A DNA stretch of 64,000 nt from Promethearchaeota archaeon (lineage in GTDB: Archaea > Asgardarchaeota > Lokiarchaeia > Sigyniarchaeales > SOKP01). Positions 1-9,598 of this stretch are shown here, in pieces. Both the position numbers and the translations under genes were made by a program. The notes under the pieces are model-generated. The model was not told where the DNA came from and did no database searches. It was given only the letters and a program-made list of their open reading frames with translations. The stretch covers positions 62,581-126,580 of the forward strand of contig JAHPZJ010000015.1 in the NCBI GenBank assembly GCA_019058245.1. The letters run 5' to 3'. The first letter of the stretch is position 1. Each line of letters begins with the position of its first letter.

Positions 1-29
1 GAATATATAAATTATGAGAGTGTTATAGA

Positions 30-806
30 ATGGGACAACGCAAGAAATCATTTAAATTCAGAAAACTTTTGATGTTCTTATGGCTAATTGCTTTACCCAT
101 CACGTTTAATTGGATGTCGCCTGTTCTCATTATAATGGGAGGCTTTGAAGGTTATATTACAATAAGCTTCATTGTCTTTGCTACTTGGTTCATTTCATCA
201 TTATTTTTCGGTAGAGCTTTTTGTGCATATGGGTGTCAATGGGGAGCAGTTCAAGAAGTTCTAGGGGATACAATACCAAAGAAATTAGATCCCACTAAAA
301 AAAAGAAAAGAAGGAAGATTAAATATATTGTCTTTATTGTTTGGATTGCTTTTATTGCTTTAGGACCAATATTAAATTTAGGATATCAATATGGATTTAG
401 TCCATTTTATCCAACTCCCGAAGATCCTACAGCAATAATTTCATGGAATGAATTTGCAATTGGAATGTTGATTTTCTATTTTGGAATTATTGGATCGGTA
501 GCGATTCTATTTACAATAGTAGGAGGAAAACGATCTTTTTGTAATTATGCGTGTCCTATGGGAGTTTTAGGAGTTATAGGGACAAAAATCAAAAATGCCT
601 TTAAATACCCTTCCCTCCACTTAGAAGTAAATAATGAAAAATGCACTCAGTGTAAGCAATGTTCAAAAACATGTGAGATGGGGCTTGATGTCAATGAATT
701 AGTACAAAAAGGAGATATGTATGATCCAGATTGTATTCTATGCGGCAGTTGTATTTCTAATTGCCCTCAGGATGTTATAAATTATGCATTGAAATGGAGA
801 AAGTAA
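30..806 (+). CDS. Membrane 4Fe-4S ferredoxin-type protein (NapH/MauN-like)
   Basis: Several TM helices, two Cx3C(P/Q)xG motifs (CAYGCQWG, CNYACPMG) and two C-terminal CxxCxxCxxxC ferredoxin motifs. Confidence 0.85.
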   Translation: MGQRKKSFKFRKLLMFLWLIALPITFNWMSPVLIIMGGFEGYITISFIVFATWFISSLFFGRAFCAYGCQWGAVQEVLGDTIPKKLDPTKKKKRRKIKYIVFIVWIAFIALGPILNLGYQYGFSPFYPTPEDPTAIISWNEFAIGMLIFYFGIIGSVAILFTIVGGKRSFCNYACPMGVLGVIGTKIKNAFKYPSLHLEVNNEKCTQCKQCSKTCEMGLDVNELVQKGDMYDPDCILCGSCISNCPQDVINYALKWRK

Positions 807-991
807 AAATCTTTAATAAATATCTTTCATTTTTTATTTAAAATTTTTTTTATACAAATGTCAAGAGATAGAGAATATATAGTGCTCTATATTGTATTTT
901 AATTTACATTTTTCACATAGAATAAAGCAATTACATTGAAAAGCTGTTTTTAGTTATTTTTTATTAAGGGTATATAAAAAATAATAAGATA

Positions 992-1111
992 ATGCAAGTA
1001 CAAGCAGAAATAATTCAACTCACATGGGTACCTTGCACTAAATGCAAGTGGATTTTTAATGCAAAAATTACAACAGACATCCTTCATCATCCAAGTTTTT
1101 ATTTTAGATAG
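992..1111 (+). CDS. Putative 39-aa small protein with CxxC and HH (not in ORF track)
   Basis: Manual translation MQVQAEIIQLTWVPCTKCKWIFNAKITTDILHHPSFYFR*; TATATAAA at 971-978. Confidence 0.35.
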   Translation: MQVQAEIIQLTWVPCTKCKWIFNAKITTDILHHPSFYFR

Positions 1112-1163
1112 ATTAAAAATACTTCTTCTTCATAACCTTTTTATTTGAATTTTAATTATCTTT

Positions 1164-1191
1164 ATCGATATGTACAGTCATACATATCATT
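1164..1191. promoter_or_regulatory. ModE-box-like operator upstream of the tup/moa cluster
   Basis: ATCGATATGTA-cagtca-TACATATCATT with perfect 8-bp arms GATATGTA/TACATATC; close to the ModE consensus ATCGNTATATA-N6-TATATANCGAT; ends 48 bp before tupA. Confidence 0.7.
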
Positions 1192-1239
1192 AATCTTTAA
1201 TTTATAAAATAACTAAAACAAAAAATAGGAAATTATAAA

Positions 1240-2274
1240 ATGTCATCAAGAAGACCATTAAAAGAATTTGTAGGTGATCATAAAACAGCTATTATATTAG
1301 CAATTATAATCATTGTGGGAGGTTCAGTTGGAACATATTTTGTTATTGATTATTTGAATGCTCAAAATCCAGAAAAAATAACATTAGCAACAACAACATC
1401 TACATATGATTCAGGACTATTAGATTATTTATTACCTAAATTTACTGAACAGACGGGAATTCAAATTAAAGTATTATCAGTAGGGACAGGAACCGCTATT
1501 CAATATGGGAAAGATGGGAATGTAGATGTAATTTTGGTTCATTCAAGGTCAAGAGAAGATGATTTTGTTAATGCTAGTCTTGGTGTTGGTGGAGTCCCAT
1601 ATGGAATCTATCGTGCATGTGTTATGTATAACGATTTTATTATAGTAGGACATGAATCTAATCCTGCTAATTTACATCCTGGTGAAAACATAATAACAGT
1701 CATGACAAAATTAAGAGATGCTATAGATAATGGAAATATGACCTTTTATTCTAGAGGAGATGGTTCGGGGACTCATTCAAAAGAACTAGCCTTATGGAAC
1801 CTAATTGGAGTGGACCCAGAAACAAGATGGAAAAATCAACCAGATAAGTATTCTGAAACTGGAGAAGGTATGGGAACCACATTATTAATAACATATGAGG
1901 ATGCTGAAGCCGCACATGAAGGATATACAATAATTGATAGAGGTACATGGCTTTCTTTATTTGAACAATATACCACCCTAAAGATATTAGCAGAATCTAT
2001 TGTTGGTGAAAATTATTTACTCAATCCTTATGGGGTTATCCCTATTAATCCTATATTATATCCCCACGTTAAATATGTTTCTGTATGTAGATTTGTTGGC
2101 TTTCTAACATCTCCGTATGGTCAGGATCTAATTGATGCGTATAGAAAAAATAATCAAGTTCTATTTCACGCGGATTTTGGAACTTGTGATCATGATACTG
2201 CTTGTACTACTACTGCTGATGAAATAACTATATGGAAGCCATATCAAATAGAATTTGCAGATTTAACAGTCTAA
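1240..2274 (+). CDS. tupA: Tungstate ABC transporter substrate-binding protein
   Basis: ATTTSTYDSGLL, VGTGTA and SRGDGSGTH motifs typical of TupA; N-terminal TM anchor; followed by permease and ATPase. Confidence 0.92.
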   Translation: MSSRRPLKEFVGDHKTAIILAIIIIVGGSVGTYFVIDYLNAQNPEKITLATTTSTYDSGLLDYLLPKFTEQTGIQIKVLSVGTGTAIQYGKDGNVDVILVHSRSREDDFVNASLGVGGVPYGIYRACVMYNDFIIVGHESNPANLHPGENIITVMTKLRDAIDNGNMTFYSRGDGSGTHSKELALWNLIGVDPETRWKNQPDKYSETGEGMGTTLLITYEDAEAAHEGYTIIDRGTWLSLFEQYTTLKILAESIVGENYLLNPYGVIPINPILYPHVKYVSVCRFVGFLTSPYGQDLIDAYRKNNQVLFHADFGTCDHDTACTTTADEITIWKPYQIEFADLTV

Positions 2275-2346
2275 TGAATTTTAATAAAATTCATTTTTTT
2301 TTAATTTTTTAATACAATAGTTAAATTAAAAAAAGAAGTTAAAATA

Positions 2347-3042
2347 ATGCCGAATGAAATTATAGAGGGAATATTAGAAGCAATACGTTTAATATTTACC
2401 TTTGATCCTGAAGTATGGGGAGTAATTGAAGTTTCGTTCCGAGTTTCCTTAACCTCAACATTTTTAGCAGCTTTAGTTGCTTTACCAATTGGTTCATTTA
2501 TAGGACTGAGAAAGTTTAAAGGGAAAAATGAGATTACAAACTTAATTAATACATTTATGGGATTCCCTCCAGTAGTTATGGGATTATTAATATATTTGTT
2601 ATTATCAAGAAATGGACCATTTGGGGAATTAGGATTATTATATTCAACATCAGCTATGATTATAGCCCAATTTCTTTTAGCAATCCCTATTATTATGGGT
2701 ACTGCTAAAGCGGCAATAGAAAGTGTTGATCCAATTTTAAAAGAAACAGTCCTTTCTTTAGGGGCTAATGAACGCCAATTATGGTGGGAATTAATTAAAC
2801 ATTCGAAAAAATCTATTATTGCTGGATTTCTTGTTGCTTTTGGTCAAGCAATTTCTGAAGTAGGAGCTGTTATAATCGTTGGAGGTAATATTAGATGGGA
2901 AACTAGAACCTTTACGACGTCTATTGTTCTTCAGACTCGTATGGGTGAATTTGGGATGGCAATAGCTTTAGGGGTAATTCTTATCTCTATTACTTTTATA
3001 GTCAATTACGGACTTACACGTTTACAAGCTAGAGTTGATTAA
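2347..3042 (+). CDS. tupB: Tungstate ABC transporter permease
   Basis: PPVVMGL..LLSRNGPFG and ISEVGAVIIVGGNI..TR..TT signatures. Confidence 0.92.
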   Translation: MPNEIIEGILEAIRLIFTFDPEVWGVIEVSFRVSLTSTFLAALVALPIGSFIGLRKFKGKNEITNLINTFMGFPPVVMGLLIYLLLSRNGPFGELGLLYSTSAMIIAQFLLAIPIIMGTAKAAIESVDPILKETVLSLGANERQLWWELIKHSKKSIIAGFLVAFGQAISEVGAVIIVGGNIRWETRTFTTSIVLQTRMGEFGMAIALGVILISITFIVNYGLTRLQARVD

Positions 3043-4135
3043 AATGAATTTACTAGAGATTAGAAATATTCACAAAGAATACTATAAAGGAGATAAATCA
3101 GCAATCATTGTACTTTCTAACATTAATTTCTCTGTTAAAAAAGGAGAATGCTTTATTATAATTGGCCCAAATGGAAGTGGTAAAACTACTTTGTTAAAAT
3201 TAATAGGATTACTTGAATTACCAACTTTTGGACAAATTCTTTATAATAATAAAAATTTAATTAACATTTCAAGAAAGGAAAAAGTTAATTACAGGAGAAA
3301 ATTCTCATTTGTCCGACAAAAACCTGTCGTACGGAATACGTCGGTCTTTAATAACATAGCATATGGTTTAAAAGTACGTGGAATGAGAAGTATTGATTAT
3401 CAAGAGGAGGTGAATGAAATTATACAATTTTCTGGGTTAAAGGGTATGGAGAAAAAAAATGCAAGATCTTTATCTGGAGGTGAAATGCAAAGAGTCGCAA
3501 TAGCAATGAATTTCGTTATTAGCCCTGAGCTCTACTTATTGGATGAAGTTTCAGCAAATTTAGATTCGATGAATTTAAAGTTATTAGATGATTTTATTAT
3601 GAGAATAAAACAGGATAAGGAAAAAACTATTATTATGAGTACACATGATCCTCTTGAAGCAATAAAATATGCAGACCGTATTGCTGTACTTAATAATGGT
3701 CAAATAACTCAAATAGGAAGACCAAATGAAATTTTCACAGCTCCGAAGGATGAATTTACTGCTCTTTTTGTAGGATATGAAAACATTCTTTATGGATTAG
3801 CAGAATTAGATAAAGCAACAGGATTATCTCAAATTAAAATTAATGATTTAATTATTACAGCTGCAAGTCAACAAGAGGGGGAAGTTAAAGTTTGTATTCG
3901 ACCAGAAAGTATTGGTATTGCTAAAGAACCCCCTAAGAACACAAGCTATAGAAATACCTTCAAAGGATTTATTGAAAATATCCGAGAACTTGGAAATATT
4001 TGTCATTTAATCGTAAGATGTCAATCAGAGAAATTTTTAATAACCATAACTGAGCTTTCTCGAAAAAATCTAAAGTTAGAAATAGATTCTGAGGTCTTTA
4101 TCAATTTTAAAGCAACAGATGTTAAAATATTATAA
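3035..4135 (+). CDS. tupC: Tungstate ABC transporter ATPase with C-terminal TOBE domain (start possibly ATG 3044)
   Basis: Walker A GPNGSGKT, LSGGE signature, LLDE, STH; TOBE-like C-terminus. Confidence 0.9.
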   Translation: MIKMNLLEIRNIHKEYYKGDKSAIIVLSNINFSVKKGECFIIIGPNGSGKTTLLKLIGLLELPTFGQILYNNKNLINISRKEKVNYRRKFSFVRQKPVVRNTSVFNNIAYGLKVRGMRSIDYQEEVNEIIQFSGLKGMEKKNARSLSGGEMQRVAIAMNFVISPELYLLDEVSANLDSMNLKLLDDFIMRIKQDKEKTIIMSTHDPLEAIKYADRIAVLNNGQITQIGRPNEIFTAPKDEFTALFVGYENILYGLAELDKATGLSQIKINDLIITAASQQEGEVKVCIRPESIGIAKEPPKNTSYRNTFKGFIENIRELGNICHLIVRCQSEKFLITITELSRKNLKLEIDSEVFINFKATDVKIL

Positions 4136-4219
4136 ATAAATTTTTAAGAAATTTCAATTTAATTTAAATAACGTTATGTTTACAAGAAAATATCGAAGAT
4201 TTTAACATCTTTAACGAAA

Positions 4220-4648
4220 ATGATCGATATATCTGAAAAAAATACAATTACTAGGATTGCGATAGCGTCTGGCAAGATTAAATTAAAAAAAGAGACAATT
4301 GAACGGATTATTAATAAACAAGTTGAAAAAGGAGATGCATTTACTATTGCGAAAGTCTCTGCTATCAATGCGGTTAAAAAAGTCCCAGAATTAATTCCTT
4401 TCTGTCATCCAATCCCTATAACAAATGTGAATGTAAATTTTGAAATTAATGGTCAACTAATTAAAGTAATATGCAGAGTTAAAAGTATTGCGAAAACTGG
4501 TGTTGAAATGGAAGCACTAACGGGAGTTAGTATCGCACTTTTAAATTTGTGGGATATTATCAAAATGTATGAAAAGGATAAAGATGGGCAATATCCATCG
4601 ACTCAAATCTATGATCTAAAAGTCGAAGAGAAGATAAAAAGGCAGTGA
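4220..4648 (+). CDS. moaC: Cyclic pyranopterin monophosphate synthase
   Basis: MIDISEK, LIPFCHP, TGVEMEAL motifs. Confidence 0.95.
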   Translation: MIDISEKNTITRIAIASGKIKLKKETIERIINKQVEKGDAFTIAKVSAINAVKKVPELIPFCHPIPITNVNVNFEINGQLIKVICRVKSIAKTGVEMEALTGVSIALLNLWDIIKMYEKDKDGQYPSTQIYDLKVEEKIKRQ

Positions 4649-4657
4649 TTTTAGAAT

Positions 4658-5578
4658 ATGAAAGATAAAAGCAATAGAGAAATTAAACACATCAGATTTT
4701 CTATAACATCAAAGTGTAATTATAATTGCATTTACTGTGATCAAGAAGGCTTTATACCCAAAACTTCAGAATTGACTGTAGAGGAGATAACAAAGTTATG
4801 CAAAATATTAGCCGAAATCTTAAATGTTACTAGAATAAAATTTACTGGTGGAGAACCTTTATGCCGAGAAGAGATTATACAAATAATTAAGAATGTAGCT
4901 GATTTGCATTTATATAAAGATATCTCTATTACTACCAATGGATTCTTATTATTTAACAAAGCAGAAGAATTATATAAAGCAGGATTGAATCGAATAAATG
5001 TATCACTTTGTTCGCTAATACCAGAAGTATATAAAAAGATTTATGGTTCGGATTCATTAAAGGAGGTGCTAAAGGGATTAAAAAAAGCAAAAGAAGTTGG
5101 ATTTAATTCGATAAAATTAAATTTTGTTGTAATGAAAGGGTTAAATGATAATGAATTAGAATCTATGTTAGAATTTTGTAGTAAAAATGGATATATCTTA
5201 CAATTAATTGAATTACACAAGGTTTCAGATTCAGTAGGTGGAAATGGTGAATTTTATGAGAAATATCATCTTGATCTTAAACCCATTGTTGAAGATCTTG
5301 AATCAAAATCTAAAAAAATAAAGATAAGAGGCTCTATGCAAAATCGGAAAGTATTAACTTTAGCAAATTCAGCAATAGTTGAAACTATTGTTCCTAGTCA
5401 TGAATTTTGTATGGGCTGTACAAAACTACGTGTGGGGTGTGATGGAAATCTTTTTGGTTGTTTGTATAGATCAGACCTAGGAAAAAATATTAAGGACGCT
5501 ATTCGAAATCATCATTCATTATCTAAATATGAACAAATAGTCAAGCAAGTGGTAGATTCACGAGAGCCTTATTATTAG
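4658..5578 (+). CDS. moaA: GTP 3',8-cyclase (radical SAM)
   Basis: CNYNCIYC, FTGGEP, TTNG and C-terminal CxxC-x13-C cluster; archaeal-type REPYY end. Confidence 0.93.
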   Translation: MKDKSNREIKHIRFSITSKCNYNCIYCDQEGFIPKTSELTVEEITKLCKILAEILNVTRIKFTGGEPLCREEIIQIIKNVADLHLYKDISITTNGFLLFNKAEELYKAGLNRINVSLCSLIPEVYKKIYGSDSLKEVLKGLKKAKEVGFNSIKLNFVVMKGLNDNELESMLEFCSKNGYILQLIELHKVSDSVGGNGEFYEKYHLDLKPIVEDLESKSKKIKIRGSMQNRKVLTLANSAIVETIVPSHEFCMGCTKLRVGCDGNLFGCLYRSDLGKNIKDAIRNHHSLSKYEQIVKQVVDSREPYY

Positions 5579-5603
5579 GGATTATTAAAAACTAGGCAAA
5601 ATT

Positions 5604-5882
5604 ATGATTATAGAAATACTCTACTTTGCTGAAATTAAGGAGATTACTAAAAAAGAAAGAGAAAGATTTCAAATATCAGAGAGCAATTTAAAGGCATTAT
5701 TAAATGTTTTATTTGAAAAATATGAATTAAAGAATATAATTTGGGATGAAAAGAGTCAAAAAATACATAATCTAATATCTGTCGTAATAAATAACCAAGT
5801 AATCCAGAAGAAAGATCCACTATTTATTAATTTAAATGACGGAGATACAATTGCTTTCTTATTACCTGTATCAGGAGGTTAA
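5604..5882 (+). CDS. moaD: Molybdopterin synthase sulfur carrier
   Basis: YFA..KE start, L.DGD.IAFL.PVSGG C-terminal di-Gly. Confidence 0.93.
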   Translation: MIIEILYFAEIKEITKKERERFQISESNLKALLNVLFEKYELKNIIWDEKSQKIHNLISVVINNQVIQKKDPLFINLNDGDTIAFLLPVSGG

Positions 5883-5888
5883 AACGTT

Positions 5889-6338
5889 ATGAGTATTAAT
5901 GAAAATTATTCAATTAAATCAGGAATATACAACAAAGGAGAAATCAATTTAGAAAGAATTATTGAATCGGTAAAAAAAAGTCCTGAAATAAAAAAAGCTG
6001 GATCTATTCACACATTTACCGGAATTGTAAGAGAAAGCTCTGTAAATGGAAAACCTGTAATTAACATGAAAATTGATGCATATAACGAGTTGGCAAATAT
6101 AAGTATTAATAAGATTTGTGAAAATTTAAAAAAAGAAAATGGTATAATTGATATTAAAATTATCCATCTAAAAGGAGACTTTAACCTTTCTGAGGATTTA
6201 GTTTATGTAGTTGTAGCCTCAGGTCATAGAAAAGAAGGTTTTAAAGTAATTAGTAAAGCTGTTGATATGTATAAAAAAGAACTTGCTGTATGGAAAAAAG
6301 AAATTTTTTCTGATGGAACTTCAAAGTGGATTCATTAA
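5889..6338 (+). CDS. moaE: Molybdopterin synthase catalytic subunit
   Basis: FTGIVR, HRKE.F and K...VWKKE motifs. Confidence 0.92.
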   Translation: MSINENYSIKSGIYNKGEINLERIIESVKKSPEIKKAGSIHTFTGIVRESSVNGKPVINMKIDAYNELANISINKICENLKKENGIIDIKIIHLKGDFNLSEDLVYVVVASGHRKEGFKVISKAVDMYKKELAVWKKEIFSDGTSKWIH

Positions 6339-6391
6339 AAATGGTATATACAAAATTAACTATTAATTTTTAAAGATATCAAAACTATAAA

Positions 6392-7633
6392 TTGAATGAA
6401 TATTTAATGAAATTTCTTAAAACTATTAGTGTAGATGAATTCAAAAACATAATAAATTCAATAGAGAAGTTAACTAAGGATGAAGAGTTCATATCTTTAG
6501 AAGAAGCTTTCAATAGGGTTACTTCTAAAGATATTACTAGTCCTATAAATGTTCCTCATTTCAGAAAATCACGAATGGATGGATATGCTGTAATAGCAGA
6601 GGATACTTTTGGTGCCGAAGAAGATAATCTTATTGAACTCGAATTGATAGAAATAATTCAAGCAGGAGATGTCCCTCAAAAAGAATTACATAAAGGACAA
6701 TGTTCTTATGTAGCAACTGGAGCAGCTATCCCCAAAAATTCAGATGGTATTGTAATGGTTGAGTTCAGTGATAAAAAAGACTCTAAAATCTCAATTTCTA
6801 CAGCAATAACTCCTGGAACACATATCATCGAGATTGGTCATGACGTGAAAAAAGGTGATATTATAGTCAAAAAGGGTAGGTTAATTGACTTAAGTACAAT
6901 AGGTATCTTGGCATCGTGTGGTATCAAGAAAGTATCTGTATATAAAAAGCCAATTGTAAGTCTTATTAGCACAGGAAATGAATTAGTAAGTCATGATATA
7001 AAAGAATTAGAAATTGGTAAGATTTATGATATTAATTCTATAGTATTAAAAAAAGCGATTGAAAATACAGGAGTCGAAGTAATTTTTCAGGGTATCATAA
7101 AGGATCAATATAATGATTTAAAAGCAGCTATAAATACTGCTTTAGAGAAGAGTGAAATTGTAATTCTTTCAGGTGGTACCTCTAAAGGTGAAGGTGATTT
7201 AGGTCCAAAAGTTTTGGAAGAATATAATGATATTGAAATTCTAGTTCATGGAGTAAAAATTAAACCAGGAAAACCAATAATTTTTGCAAAATTTAAAAAA
7301 AAGATTTTATTTATTTTGCCAGGATATCCAACTTCGGCACTAAGTTGTTTTTATGTTTTTATTGATAATTTTTTACGGAAAATATCAGGTTTTCCTTTAA
7401 GGAATAAATCTTCTAGAATAATGGAAACGGGAGAACGGATTTATAGTACAATTGGTCGTCATGAATTTAAAGCTGTCAAAATTCAGAAAGAAAATGGAAT
7501 TGATAAAATATTTCCCATAAAAACAGGTTCAGAAGCAATAAGCACTATGTTTTATGCAGATGGATACATAGAAATTGATGAATTAGAATCAATTATAGAA
7601 AGAGGAGGTAAAAGAGAAGTCTTTTTCTTCTAA
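6392..7633 (+). CDS. moeA: Molybdopterin molybdo/tungsto-transferase, copy 1 (start possibly ATG 6407)
   Basis: SRMDGYAV, STGNEL, SGGTSKG, KPGKP, LPGYP. Confidence 0.93.
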   Translation: MNEYLMKFLKTISVDEFKNIINSIEKLTKDEEFISLEEAFNRVTSKDITSPINVPHFRKSRMDGYAVIAEDTFGAEEDNLIELELIEIIQAGDVPQKELHKGQCSYVATGAAIPKNSDGIVMVEFSDKKDSKISISTAITPGTHIIEIGHDVKKGDIIVKKGRLIDLSTIGILASCGIKKVSVYKKPIVSLISTGNELVSHDIKELEIGKIYDINSIVLKKAIENTGVEVIFQGIIKDQYNDLKAAINTALEKSEIVILSGGTSKGEGDLGPKVLEEYNDIEILVHGVKIKPGKPIIFAKFKKKILFILPGYPTSALSCFYVFIDNFLRKISGFPLRNKSSRIMETGERIYSTIGRHEFKAVKIQKENGIDKIFPIKTGSEAISTMFYADGYIEIDELESIIERGGKREVFFF

Positions 7634-7659
7634 AAAAGTAATATATAACGAAAAATTAT

Positions 7660-8229
7660 GTGATTCAAATGAAAGATAAGATGTCAGTACCCAAAGAACA
7701 TAAAGATAAAGCCCCTAAAACAATAAATTTAGCTCTCGTAGTAGTTAGTACCAGCAGATTTATTGAAATGAAATCAAAAATAAAAACATCAGATAAAACT
7801 ATTCCTAAAGTAAAAAAACTATTGAATGACAACCCAATCATTTCATTAGAGTATACTGAGATTATACCTGATTCAGAAATCCATATTAACAAGACCTTGA
7901 CAAAACTAATGAAAAATGATAAAGTTGATTCTATTATTTTTAGTGGTGGTACAGGATTATCATCAAAAGACATAACATATGAAACTATAGAACCTCGATT
8001 AGAAAAAAAATTTGATGGCTTTGGAGAACTCTTTAGACATCTTTCTTACAATGAGATTGGTACATCAGCAATGCTATCAAGAGCAACAGCAGGTATTTTA
8101 AAAAAAAAAAACCAAAAAAAAGTTATTTTTTTACTCCCAGGTTCTCCAAATGCGGTAGAGTTAGCATTAAAACAAATTATATTTCCTGAATTAGGGCATA
8201 TTCTATATTTAATTAATAAGGAAGAGTGA
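7660..8229 (+). CDS. moaB: Molybdopterin adenylyltransferase MoaB/Mog family
   Basis: GGTG...DIT.E, GFGELFR, SRA.AG, LPGSP. Confidence 0.92.
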   Translation: MIQMKDKMSVPKEHKDKAPKTINLALVVVSTSRFIEMKSKIKTSDKTIPKVKKLLNDNPIISLEYTEIIPDSEIHINKTLTKLMKNDKVDSIIFSGGTGLSSKDITYETIEPRLEKKFDGFGELFRHLSYNEIGTSAMLSRATAGILKKKNQKKVIFLLPGSPNAVELALKQIIFPELGHILYLINKEE

Positions 8230-8235
8230 AATAAT

Positions 8236-9483
8236 TTGGAAAAACTTCATAAAATTGGATTTTCAAAGTTAGCACCTCTAGAAGATACAATTCAAAAATT
8301 ACTTATGAAGATTAAAGTAAATCCACTTGAGGAAATTGAAATTACTAAAGCATTGAACCGAGTTTTAGCTGAGGATATCATTAGTGAAATAGATATTCCC
8401 CCTTTTGATAGATCAGCAATGGATGGATATGCAATTAAAGCTGAAGATTCATTTGGAGCATCTCTTAAAAATCCAAAAAAGACCAAACTTATAGGAACGA
8501 TTGAAATCGGAGAATCTTCTAATCTTAAAATAAATAAAGATGAAGTTGTTAGAATATCTACCGGTGCTCCAATACCCGAAGGATCTGATGCTGTTATTAA
8601 AATTGAAGATACAGAAATTGAAGAAAATATTGTTACTATTTATAATGCTCTAGCCCCAGGAAAAAATGTGTCAAAAAGAGGGGAGGATATAAAGAAAAAC
8701 GTATTAGCGTTAAATGCAGGTATCGAATTAAAAGCTGAACACATTGCACTCTTGACTTCCTTAGGATTTAATAAAGTGAAAGTAATTTCTAAACCAAAAA
8801 TAAGTGTTTTTTCTTCCGGAGATGAATTAATTGAACCAGGTACACCACTACAATCTGGTAAAATTTATAATTCTAACAAGCCAATGATATCAGCATTAGT
8901 AAATCTATATGGTGGAATCGTCATTCGTGCAGAAAGCATAAAGGATAATAAAGAATCTATCAAAATTAAATTAATTGAATCTGTAGAAGATTCCCATATG
9001 ATAATTTTTACGGGAGGTACTTCTGTCGGTACTAAAGATTATTTACCTGAGATTATTAATGAAATAGGGACTATAATAACACATGGCGTTGCAATGAGAC
9101 CTGGATCTCCTGTTTTAATTGGTTTTTTAAATAAATCTTTAATCTTTTGTCTTCCTGGTAGTCCCGGTGCTGCATATATTTCTTTTCTAAAAATTAGTGG
9201 ACCTGCCATTAGAAAAATGTTAGGATGTTCTGTGTTAGATCCTAGAATCGAAATAGTGGCTAGGATTGATAAAGATGTTCCTGTTACGGGTTTAGGCATT
9301 TTACATTTTTTAAGAGTAAAATTAGAAAAACGTGAGAATGAATTTATAGCAATTCCAGTTAAGTTGAAAGGCTCTGGAGTGATTAGTTCTCTTACGGCAT
9401 CTGATGGAATAATTGAAATCCCCCCCAATCAAGAAGGATTAAAAAAGGGAGAACAAGTGATTGTCAGACTTTTTCCAAAATAA
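8236..9483 (+). CDS. moeA: Molybdopterin molybdo/tungsto-transferase, copy 2
   Basis: PPFDRSAMDGYA, SSGDEL, TGGTSVG.KD, RPGSP, LPGSP. Confidence 0.93.
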   Translation: MEKLHKIGFSKLAPLEDTIQKLLMKIKVNPLEEIEITKALNRVLAEDIISEIDIPPFDRSAMDGYAIKAEDSFGASLKNPKKTKLIGTIEIGESSNLKINKDEVVRISTGAPIPEGSDAVIKIEDTEIEENIVTIYNALAPGKNVSKRGEDIKKNVLALNAGIELKAEHIALLTSLGFNKVKVISKPKISVFSSGDELIEPGTPLQSGKIYNSNKPMISALVNLYGGIVIRAESIKDNKESIKIKLIESVEDSHMIIFTGGTSVGTKDYLPEIINEIGTIITHGVAMRPGSPVLIGFLNKSLIFCLPGSPGAAYISFLKISGPAIRKMLGCSVLDPRIEIVARIDKDVPVTGLGILHFLRVKLEKRENEFIAIPVKLKGSGVISSLTASDGIIEIPPNQEGLKKGEQVIVRLFPK

Positions 9484-9598
9484 TTTAAAATCTATAATTA
9501 AAATCCTATTTAATATTCCAAATATAGAAAAAATTGAATTTTCTTCCCTTAGAACAGTAGATTATATTGATAGAAAAAAAAGAAAGAAAATTATTTTT

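Noticed and set aside
5540-5578. MoaA lacking the C-terminal GG motif
   Set aside because: Normal for archaeal MoaA; not evidence of truncation
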